Virus record (IMG/VR): IMGVR_UViG_3300045988_161245
Coordinates: 148,685-212,684 of that record
From: a virus
DNA: 64,000 nt
Direction: 5' to 3' (one strand)
The notes below the pieces were generated by a model. The model made no database searches and was not told where the DNA came from. It was given only the letters and a program-made list of their open reading frames with translations. Shown piece after piece: positions 45,407-53,076 of this stretch. Numbering within the stretch: position 1 is the first letter of the stretch; every line of letters begins with the position of its first letter. A program made the translations under genes and the position numbers.

Positions 45407-45660
45407 TGCTTTTCTCCAATTAATTCTTTATATTTTTCAATATCTACAACAGCATATTCACCGACTTCATATTCAAAATCATTTGTACAATTTGCTAATT
45501 TATGTACATCGTTAAACTGAGTGCAGCGTTTTTCGCACATATATCGGTTTTTATAAAATGATCCGCCTTTACATTTTGTTGCTCTGACAATTTTTTTAGT
45601 TTTTTTATCTCTTAATGCGTATAAAACCTCATAATCCTTATTTTTACTCATAAGATCCAT
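45403..45660 (-). CDS. hypothetical protein
   Basis: The start was moved to MDLMSKNKDYEV to avoid a 100-nt overlap. The stop overlaps the phosphatase start. Confidence 0.4.
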   Translation of the reverse strand: MDLMSKNKDYEVLYALRDKKTKKIVRATKCKGGSFYKNRYMCEKRCTQFNDVHKLANCTNDFEYEVGEYAVVDIEKYKELIGEKQ

Positions 45661-45664
45661 CCTT

Positions 45665-45940
45665 TTACCATTTTCTCCAACCACCGGCTCCATCAGATAC
45701 AATATCGCATCCGCAAATTTTACATTTCTTCCGAACACCTTTTGAAAAATGATGATATACTCCACTTGGCTTATGCCAACCTAAAACGTCATGACATATT
45801 TTTTTTAATGGAGCAAATGGTGTGAGCATCCAAATCATTGCTAACATCCATATAAATAAGCAAATTGGAAATACTACACATAAAATCAACATAATAAATG
45901 TTTTTATTATTATCATATTTTCTCCATTTCTCTGGTCCAC
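45665..45940 (-). CDS. small membrane protein with C-terminal Cys cluster
   Basis: 91 aa with two hydrophobic segments, then KKCKICGCD. Confidence 0.4.
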   Translation of the reverse strand: MDQRNGENMIIIKTFIMLILCVVFPICLFIWMLAMIWMLTPFAPLKKICHDVLGWHKPSGVYHHFSKGVRKKCKICGCDIVSDGAGGWRKW

Positions 45941-45968
45941 CGATTAAGGCAGACCAGATTATTATGTA

Positions 45969-46124
45969 TTACCAAACTTTATAAATTTTCTCTAAAACAT
46001 CTTTAAATGGTTCAGCTTTATCAATGTAAATACCGCATTCGCCTAAGATATTAATAGATTCAATGACACTATCAGCCGCTGTTAAAGCATAAATAATATT
46101 ATTATGTAATTCCTTTTTATCCAT
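45969..46124 (-). CDS. hypothetical protein
   Basis: The start was moved to MDKKELHNN, directly after the stop of the upstream ORF. Confidence 0.35.
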   Translation of the reverse strand: MDKKELHNNIIYALTAADSVIESINILGECGIYIDKAEPFKDVLEKIYKVW

Positions 46125-46125
46125 A

Positions 46126-46344
46126 TTATTTTGTCCAATCACCAGTAAATACCTTTGGTTTCTCTGTTTTAATTTTCTTAATAGCTCTTCCAAAAGCAAT
46201 CTCTTTATTACCAGGTTTCATTCCAGGCTGTGCAAGGACAGTCACATTTTCAGTAACCTTTGTCCATTTACCATCCTCACCTTTTACCTTGTAAGTTTTC
46301 TCTGTTTCCTCATAAACTTTGTTCCATGCATTTTTCTTTGTCAT
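46126..46344 (-). CDS. hypothetical protein
   Basis: 72-aa Lys-rich ORF with RBS AAGGAG. Confidence 0.45.
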   Translation of the reverse strand: MTKKNAWNKVYEETEKTYKVKGEDGKWTKVTENVTVLAQPGMKPGNKEIAFGRAIKKIKTEKPKVFTGDWTK

Positions 46345-46358
46345 GTTTTATCTCCTTT

Positions 46359-46523
46359 TTATAAATTTTTAAATTCTTTTTCTAATTCAGCAATTGTAGC
46401 ATTCACCCAATTCACCCATTTATCATATGTTCTAATTGATACACACTTACTAATTGATGACTGTTTTAAAATTTGTATATCTTTTTTAATCTGCTCGGCA
46501 ATTTTAAATGTATCTTCGGTCAT
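46359..46523 (-). CDS. hypothetical protein
   Basis: The start was moved to MTEDTFKIAEQ. Confidence 0.35.
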   Translation of the reverse strand: MTEDTFKIAEQIKKDIQILKQSSISKCVSIRTYDKWVNWVNATIAELEKEFKNL

Positions 46524-46582
46524 AACTAATCCTTTATAAAATAGTCGTTTTATAACAAATAGCATAATGAATAAAAAAATTT

Positions 46583-46999
46583 TTATCCAAGCATCTTTGC
46601 CAACTCCTGAAGCTCAAGTTCAGTACGTTTATCATCAGATAACATTCTGTTCAATGTTGCTTCTGTCTCTTTTAATTTTTTCTCTTTTTCAGCTCTAGTT
46701 AATACGGAAATCTGCGTATCAATATCATGCATCCATTTATCAATTGAGTACCCTGAAATAACCACTTCATCAATCCCAATTTTAAGATCAGCTGCAGCCA
46801 TAGCATAAGTATGTAATTTTACTTTTAGTAACTTAAGCTGCTCAACGCTCATTACACGTAAGTTTAAATTGTCTACATCCTGTCTAAGCACTGTTGATGT
46901 CTCAGCCTGTAATGTTCTCGGCAATTTCGCAAGCTCTGCTTTCTGCTCTTCCACTTTTTTCTTAAGCTGTAAAATCATTTCATCATTTTTTGTTGACAT
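46583..46999 (-). CDS. coiled-coil hypothetical protein
   Basis: 138-aa ORF with a RBS. Confidence 0.5.
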   Translation of the reverse strand: MSTKNDEMILQLKKKVEEQKAELAKLPRTLQAETSTVLRQDVDNLNLRVMSVEQLKLLKVKLHTYAMAAADLKIGIDEVVISGYSIDKWMHDIDTQISVLTRAEKEKKLKETEATLNRMLSDDKRTELELQELAKMLG

Positions 47000-47017
47000 A
47001 ATTTTTATCCTTTCTTT

Positions 47018-48145
47018 TTAATAATATAAATAATTGTTATAATAATTATGGAACTCTTTGCCATCAATATGCTGATATATATTATATTTTGGTTTTATCT
47101 TTTCATATAATTCTGATGGCAGATATTCTTTATTTTGACATAAATATGTTCCATTACCTTTATCAATTACTTTTATTTCTTCGTAATAGCTGTTTAAGAA
47201 ACTTGTATACTTGTATTTCTTTATGCGCTCAATAAATTTATCGTATGGTAAATCAAGTAATGTTTCAGATGTAAAATTAATTGGGTTATAATTAAAATGG
47301 TTATTTTCAAGATCATCGAAATATTCTGCATAATTCTGTGATGGCTTTTCATCTACACAATCAATCAAAATATCACCAATATTTTTTCGTGTCTCAAAAC
47401 AATATCTTTGAAATGAAATATAATTGTTGTTATCAACTGAACGAAACCAGTAATATTTACCTTTATTCACATGCTTGTATGCAGTGTTTTTATCATTTGG
47501 CATCAATGTCCATGTGTCATCTAAATCAAATTCCCACTTTCCGTCCTTATCATTTAACGACCAACGCCAACCTTTTCTAAAACAATTTGTAAGCTTCTCC
47601 CATTTATCGAACCTACCCATGTATACCCATTTCTCTTCATTTTTTGTTAGATATGTGGCTCCAATAATAAGATCCTTACCTTTAAATCTCTTCCCATTTT
47701 GAATTTTATCTGTATGCTTCTTTATCTCTTTGTAATCTGGTGAATCTACAGGAATCAGAACTAATTCCTTTCCGTCCCATCCATATACAAATTCTCCATC
47801 CAAACCCTTACCTTTTAGACAATCACAGTGTTCTAAAATGAACAGTAAATTTGGAATAGTAATCTCAAATTCAAATCCCCTAGGATCATACACTCTAGTA
47901 TATGTCTGTCTAGGATTCCAACCATATCTATCACCGCCAACCTTTTTATTTAATACAAATCCTCTAGTTGGTTCATTATCAAAATCATCTGGTTCAATTT
48001 TTTCATCTCTCCAGCTATTCCAGCTTGTTTCTTTACGAAGCTTACCTTTTTCATCATAATAGATTACGTAAGCAAGCTTCTTAGTGTAAGTATCATTTCT
48101 GTTTTGATACCCTACTTTAATCTTCTCAGGAATATAAATACTCAT
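47018..48145 (-). CDS. hypothetical protein
   Basis: 375-aa Trp/Tyr-rich ORF that overlaps the upstream gene by 4 nt. Confidence 0.55.
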   Translation of the reverse strand: MSIYIPEKIKVGYQNRNDTYTKKLAYVIYYDEKGKLRKETSWNSWRDEKIEPDDFDNEPTRGFVLNKKVGGDRYGWNPRQTYTRVYDPRGFEFEITIPNLLFILEHCDCLKGKGLDGEFVYGWDGKELVLIPVDSPDYKEIKKHTDKIQNGKRFKGKDLIIGATYLTKNEEKWVYMGRFDKWEKLTNCFRKGWRWSLNDKDGKWEFDLDDTWTLMPNDKNTAYKHVNKGKYYWFRSVDNNNYISFQRYCFETRKNIGDILIDCVDEKPSQNYAEYFDDLENNHFNYNPINFTSETLLDLPYDKFIERIKKYKYTSFLNSYYEEIKVIDKGNGTYLCQNKEYLPSELYEKIKPKYNIYQHIDGKEFHNYYNNYLYY

Positions 48146-48807
48146 TCAATTTTCCTCTTATCATCGTAATACCATTGCTTGTCAATCAAATCCTTGATAA
48201 CACCGCTTTGCTCCATCTCAATCCACTGATCCAATGTAAGTGGCTTATAATCAGATAACATACAGAAACAGTCAATCATTTGAACAGGAATTGTTTTTGG
48301 TTCATCATCATATTTTGATTTACGTAATGTACTTCTCGTTATGTCTTTGAACTGCTCCACTAATTCCTGATCTTCAGTAAGATGAGTGTGTCCATGCAGC
48401 ATCCATGTAATAGGTTTGCCATCTTTATCAATACGGAACTGTCCATTGTAACAGAATATTGGATAGTGACATAAGACTACTTTTCTTCCATCATCATGCA
48501 TTTCTGCATAAGGTTTAATCCATTGAAATAGTGACTGATCAAATTTCTTATCTTGTAGAAACTTATCATGTCCACCATTCACTAAAAACTTCTTCCCATT
48601 TAGTTTGCGAAGTATTTCGTTAGTTTGCTCACCTTTGCCAAGTGAAAAATCACCCAGGATAACAACTTCATCATTTTTTCTTACTACAGAATTCCACTGT
48701 TTAATCATATAATCATGCATAGTTTCCAATGATTCGAAGCCACGTTTATCCATAGCATCATTTATTCGTGAATGATGGAAATGATTATCTGCAATATAAA
48801 ATCTCAT
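48142..48807 (-). CDS. metallophosphoesterase (calcineurin-like)
   Basis: ADNHFHH, ILGDFS, VNGGHD, CHYP and HGHTH metal-binding motifs. Confidence 0.7.
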   Translation of the reverse strand: MRFYIADNHFHHSRINDAMDKRGFESLETMHDYMIKQWNSVVRKNDEVVILGDFSLGKGEQTNEILRKLNGKKFLVNGGHDKFLQDKKFDQSLFQWIKPYAEMHDDGRKVVLCHYPIFCYNGQFRIDKDGKPITWMLHGHTHLTEDQELVEQFKDITRSTLRKSKYDDEPKTIPVQMIDCFCMLSDYKPLTLDQWIEMEQSGVIKDLIDKQWYYDDKRKIE

Positions 48808-48995
48808 TAAATACCTCCGATTGAATCTTTACAAGTTTTTGTAACATTATCATAATTTAGTTTGTCGCTATATTTCATCCACTCTTGCAACTCAGAATAT
48901 CCACACGAACACTCATGCACAACAATATGGTATCCATAATCGTATTTAATTGTAGAACTCATATATTGACCACATTTAGGGCATTTCCTCGTCAT
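48807..48995 (-). CDS. small Zn-ribbon protein
   Basis: MTRKCPKCGQYM...HECSCGY. The start was chosen at the second Met cluster. Confidence 0.4.
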   Translation of the reverse strand: MTRKCPKCGQYMSSTIKYDYGYHIVVHECSCGYSELQEWMKYSDKLNYDNVTKTCKDSIGGI

Positions 48996-50355
48996 TACCT
49001 TCTTCTCTTTCTGTATATAATTTAGCATCAATATTGTTTAGAATATCTTCTTTGTCATTATCCAACTTGTCATTAATTACTTCTTCCAATGCATAGTTGA
49101 GCCATTTTCCAACATCTGGACCTTCTTTAACTCCAAGCTCCATAATATCCTTCCCATTGATAGCCAAATCCTTTATGGTAAAACACTTCTCTTCTTCCAG
49201 AACTTCATTTAATACTTCTTCTGCACGAAATGTTTCCCATAAACGCTCTTTAGCGTAATATGGATTGTGAGCCATAATATCGCAGAATCTTACATCTAAC
49301 AGTCTTCTAAGTTGTGCTTCACCAAGTTTATTCAGATATTTTTTAATCTTATTTTGTTTTGGTATAATTGTCATATCATGGCTTGCCACAAGTTCGACTA
49401 CGGATTCTCTGATTTCATTAGAAAATTTAAGTCTACGAAGTAGTGAGTCAGCAATTTCTGCACTTTTAACAGCATGTCCATAGAAGTGCTCAATCCCTCG
49501 ATCTGCTGTTTTTGATTCTGGTTTACCAATATCATGAAGTAAGATAGCAAGTCTGGTCTCTAATTCATGTATTCTACAAGCTGTTAATGCGAATCTGGTG
49601 TGATTCCATACATCGTAAATGTGATACATATTATTCTGGGAGCATCCCATTATCTTACTTAACTCAGGGATTGCCGGAGAAATATCAATATAATAATTAA
49701 GTACGTATTCAGGATGATCTGAAATAAGAATCTTACACAGCTCTGACTGTATTCTTTCTGCAGAAATTTTACTCAGACCATCGTTTGTTTGTACCATTGC
49801 AATATTGGTATAGTTTTCAATGTGGAATCCCAATTGAGCAGCAAACCTTACAGCTCTCATGATACGCAACGGATCTTCTGTGAATCTATCAATAGGTACA
49901 CCTACACATCGGATAATTTTATTCTCAATATCTTTTAGTCCATTGAACGGATCAATAAATCCATCATCGTCATTGTAGGCAATCGCATTCATTGTAAAAT
50001 CACGCCTTGCTAAATCTTCATGAATATTTCCAACAAACTTCACAGAATCTGGATGGCGGCTATCAGTATATTTTCCATCGGTTCTATAAGTAGTTATTTC
50101 ATACCCACAATAATTTACCATGACAGTTACAGTACCATGCTGCAAGCCTGTTTCTACTACACGAAATCCTTTGCTACGGAACAATTTACATACGTCTTCC
50201 GGCGAGGCGTTTGTGCAGATATCCCAGTCATGCACAGGTAATCCTATAATAGAATTACGTACAGCTCCACCTACAATATAGGCTTCGTAACCATTACGAT
50301 TAAGTACGTAAAATATAGATTTTACGGACTCTGGTAATACAATACCCTCTATCAT
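48976..50355 (-). CDS. cca: CCA-adding enzyme / tRNA nucleotidyltransferase with HD domain
   Basis: The start was set at MIEGIVLPES (RBS GGAGAG 8 nt upstream). GGAVRNSIIGLPVHDWDI (GGxVRD..DxD) is present, followed by RRDFTMNA, EDPLRIMRAVRFAAQLGF and the HD motif LLHDIGKP. Confidence 0.85.
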   Translation of the reverse strand: MIEGIVLPESVKSIFYVLNRNGYEAYIVGGAVRNSIIGLPVHDWDICTNASPEDVCKLFRSKGFRVVETGLQHGTVTVMVNYCGYEITTYRTDGKYTDSRHPDSVKFVGNIHEDLARRDFTMNAIAYNDDDGFIDPFNGLKDIENKIIRCVGVPIDRFTEDPLRIMRAVRFAAQLGFHIENYTNIAMVQTNDGLSKISAERIQSELCKILISDHPEYVLNYYIDISPAIPELSKIMGCSQNNMYHIYDVWNHTRFALTACRIHELETRLAILLHDIGKPESKTADRGIEHFYGHAVKSAEIADSLLRRLKFSNEIRESVVELVASHDMTIIPKQNKIKKYLNKLGEAQLRRLLDVRFCDIMAHNPYYAKERLWETFRAEEVLNEVLEEEKCFTIKDLAINGKDIMELGVKEGPDVGKWLNYALEEVINDKLDNDKEDILNNIDAKLYTEREEGNDEEMP

Positions 50356-50382
50356 TTTTACTCTCCTTTCTTTAAGATTTAA

Positions 50383-50517
50383 TGTGCAGATAGGGATTTG
50401 AACCCTATATAAGCAAATTTGATCAATTTTGTTTATTGACATAAATTCGCCATTATAATATGCCTAATTTTGTAAATAAAGCATTATTATACGCATATAT
50501 CCATTCTGCCACTGCAC
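50383..50517 (-). ncRNA. 135-nt tRNA-like element in the cca leader
   Basis: Acceptor GTGCAGT/TCTGCAC pairs at 6 of 7 positions. T arm TAGGG-TTCAAAT-CCCTA and a D-like GCA-GAATGGATATA-TGC are present. Between them are two long hairpins (ATAATAATGC..GCATATTAT and GCGAATTT..AAATTTGC) instead of a normal anticodon arm. The 3' end lies 28 nt before the cca ATG. Confidence 0.45.
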
Positions 50518-50548
50518 GACTTAATTTTTAAATGCATCTAAAATATTA

Positions 50549-50726
50549 ATAGTGGTGTGCTATTACGCCAAAAGGGGACTTATCCTTACCTGTTAAGGGG
50601 TGACGTATCATAACTCTTTACATCCTATTCTCTTACTCGTTTATCTTCGATTGAAGTTTTTCATACCTTTAGACTTAAAGCCCTACTCCTTAGATGATGG
50701 CTGCTTCTAAGCCAACATTCCACTAT
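50549..50726 (-). ncRNA. structured RNA mimicking 23S rRNA helices 42-44 (GTPase-associated centre) with a ~115-nt insertion
   Basis: The minus strand reads ATAGTGG-A-ATGTTGGCTTAGAAGCAGCCATCAT-CTAAGGAG...TTTTG-GCGTAATAGC-ACA-CCACTAT. The 25-mer equals E. coli 23S 1057-1081 and the 10-mer equals 1091-1100, as I recall the 58-nt L11-binding RNA. The closing 7-bp helix is complementary but unrelated in sequence to rRNA. Confidence 0.6.
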
Positions 50727-50735
50727 TTATTATTT

Positions 50736-51476
50736 CTATTTCTTTCTAGCTTTTAATTCAGCTAATTTTTTCTCAATTTCTTCATCTTTCATTTTCTGAT
50801 CAAGACGCTGCTTCTGCACTGATGCGGAATTTTCATAAGCAATTTTTGTACCATCAGCTGCCTCTTTCTGTTTTTTAACACCATCACGCACTTTCTCAAG
50901 CATTTTATCTTCTTCTAAGGACGACATACCTGGTGTCGCTTGCAAAGATTTTGTTACCTGCGCTGTTTCAAGTGTCAGAATTGCATTATCTTTTTCTGCT
51001 TTAAGATCAGACAACTGAGTCTTAATAGTATTTACTGTCTCTTCCTGGAGTTTTGCATTTTCTTTCAATCCAACAAGAGCATCTTTGATGATTGTAACTT
51101 TTTCTTCTAAATCCTGCTGTTCTTTAAGATAAACTTTTGCACCATCATCATCATTTTTCTCTACACAAGAGTTCACATTAATTTCGGCTTTCATAAGATC
51201 TTTTTTATAACCACGGAGCTGATCTTCGTAATTAGAAATCTTTCCAAGCATCTGAGAATAAATAGTATTTGCCTGAGTAAGATCATCTTCTTTTTTTTCA
51301 ATTGCTACGTTATAATAAGCTTTTGCGCCCTCTGGTGTTGAAGCATCTTTTGTAATAGCCTCTGCAGCTGTACCAGAAGCTCTAAGTCTTAATCTTTTCC
51401 CTGTTTTTGTCCTTGCAAATACAATAATTCCAATCAAAGCAAGAATAACAATCGCTGCTACAATTTCTAATCTCAT
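50736..51476 (-). CDS. membrane-anchored PspA/IM30-like coiled-coil protein
   Basis: 246 aa. An N-terminal TM segment (LEIVAAIVILALIGIIVFA) is followed by a long heptad region with the PspA-like pattern (AKAYYNVAIEKKEDDLTQA..LKEQQDLEEKV..). The family call is tentative. Confidence 0.45.
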   Translation of the reverse strand: MRLEIVAAIVILALIGIIVFARTKTGKRLRLRASGTAAEAITKDASTPEGAKAYYNVAIEKKEDDLTQANTIYSQMLGKISNYEDQLRGYKKDLMKAEINVNSCVEKNDDDGAKVYLKEQQDLEEKVTIIKDALVGLKENAKLQEETVNTIKTQLSDLKAEKDNAILTLETAQVTKSLQATPGMSSLEEDKMLEKVRDGVKKQKEAADGTKIAYENSASVQKQRLDQKMKDEEIEKKLAELKARKK

Positions 51477-52114
51477 TAGTCTCTACCCTCATCAATATCA
51501 AGCCCAAAGTTCTTAAACAGCTCCGTCATTCCACCAACATAACCAGAGCCAAGTGCCTGAAATTTGAATCCATCGCCATAACGATATAGTCTTCCCATTT
51601 CTACAGCATTTAGTTTTTCAAAATTTTCATTTTCAGAAAGGTCATACTCATATTTATCACCATCTGGATTATCATAGTCACAAATCGTCATTATAGCGTT
51701 AGACACCATTCCAAAGTTCTGAAGCCTCTGTACGGCTCTAAAAATAGTCAGACAAACAGTGAAGTCTGTCTTATCTTTAGGAAATGTATCTGCATGAACA
51801 ATAAAATATTCATCATAATGTTTACCATTAAATACAATTCCCTGTGTATCATCGCCAGTACGATTATCTCCAGAATACTCTACCCATGGATATTTACTTC
51901 CATCGCCATATGTATTGTAGTTAACAAGATCTCCTGGATATACAACTTTACGATCCTGATTTGTTAAAAGTCCATTAATATCAAAATCAATGTCTGCTTC
52001 TCCAGCATATCTATTCTGATCCCAGTTGGCTCCGATGAAAAAATTCTTTACTGCAGAACCATCCTCTTTTACCATACTAATTTTCTGATTTTTGCTCATG
52101 TTAATAACTGCCAT
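51476..52114 (-). CDS. terD: TerD-family protein
   Basis: GANWD..DIDFDINGLL, YSGDNRTGDDTQG (Ca-binding GDN.TG.GD motif) and GRLYRYGDGFKFQALGSGY are typical TerD blocks. Confidence 0.8.
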   Translation of the reverse strand: MAVINMSKNQKISMVKEDGSAVKNFFIGANWDQNRYAGEADIDFDINGLLTNQDRKVVYPGDLVNYNTYGDGSKYPWVEYSGDNRTGDDTQGIVFNGKHYDEYFIVHADTFPKDKTDFTVCLTIFRAVQRLQNFGMVSNAIMTICDYDNPDGDKYEYDLSENENFEKLNAVEMGRLYRYGDGFKFQALGSGYVGGMTELFKNFGLDIDEGRD

Positions 52115-52138
52115 AGTTATATTCTCCTATTTCTAAAA

Positions 52139-52903
52139 TTATTTATTATTCAGCCAGTCTTTGTACTGACGAAGAATCTCTGTATAAAGCTGTTCATCTG
52201 TCATCTTATCCATATCTTCTACAGAAGTGAAACCTGTATTGTCTGCCTCTCTTCCATCGAGTTTGTCAAGTTTTTTGAGGTAACTGAAATTGTCGTCACC
52301 AATTCCGATAAACTGCACGAAAATGTTATACTTAGAAAGCTCACGTACAATCTTGTCTGTTGCTACATGATCTGAGTTGTCACCATCTGTAATAAAAATT
52401 ACAAACGCAGGAATCTCACTTGGCTCAATGTCTTTATAATATGTAACAACTTCATCCAATACAGGTGCATATTCTGTTCCACCCATATACATACCAGACT
52501 TTTTCATAACCTTTTTAACATAATTTGAATAATTATTCTCTGTAACTGCTTTTAAACGTTTGCATCCATTTGAGAATAACCAGCTCTCAAGTTCGCCATT
52601 ATCATCAAATCTAAGAGCGATTGGAAGAAGTCTTGATACAGTTTTCTGTACAGAACCATTATCAAAAAGCCAATCCATACTTCCTGAGTAGTCCATAGCT
52701 AATGCGACTCTAGCGGTATGTTTAGTCATATCAATCTTGCTACCCTTGGACATATCAATTAGAACATTATTTAAATGTTCTTTAGACATATCAATTGTAA
52801 AAGTAGCTTGTGTTTCAGTTTTTTCTGTAGATTTAGCAGCGGTATCAACCGCCACCTCTTCTACATCATCTTTCTTACCAAACAATTTTCCAAAAAATCC
52901 CAT
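52139..52903 (-). CDS. vWA-domain protein (TerY/TerF-C-like)
   Basis: MIDAS motif ALAMDYSGSM, later GGTEYAPV and FITDGDN. Confidence 0.7.
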   Translation of the reverse strand: MGFFGKLFGKKDDVEEVAVDTAAKSTEKTETQATFTIDMSKEHLNNVLIDMSKGSKIDMTKHTARVALAMDYSGSMDWLFDNGSVQKTVSRLLPIALRFDDNGELESWLFSNGCKRLKAVTENNYSNYVKKVMKKSGMYMGGTEYAPVLDEVVTYYKDIEPSEIPAFVIFITDGDNSDHVATDKIVRELSKYNIFVQFIGIGDDNFSYLKKLDKLDGREADNTGFTSVEDMDKMTDEQLYTEILRQYKDWLNNK

Positions 52904-53076
52904 ATTTTTTTCTCCTTTTTATTTTTTTAATATTTTTAATGATATAGGGTATGTTAATAAAGTAAAAAATATAAATGGAACAAATTTTGTTATACATACA
53001 AGTATCAAACCAATTGAATAACAAACTAAAGTTATATTTTCAACAATTTTATATTCTTTATCCATATACCTTACTT

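Noticed and set aside
50549-50726. Assembly chimera or a captured piece of host rDNA as the explanation for the 23S-like sequence
   Set aside because: Similarity is confined to the two functional loops of the GAC. The closing helix is different in sequence but compensatory. A ~115-nt insertion is present and the flanks are phage-like AT-rich sequence contiguous with phage genes. This should still be verified against read data.
50383-50735. tmRNA (ssrA), considered because of a tRNA-like 3' end and a ~350-nt non-coding region
   Set aside because: The acceptor lacks the G3-U70 alanine identity pair. The best 5' partner gives only a 135-nt molecule. I could find no resume codon or tag ORF ending in a hydrophobic degron. 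The upstream part is better explained as a 23S GAC mimic.
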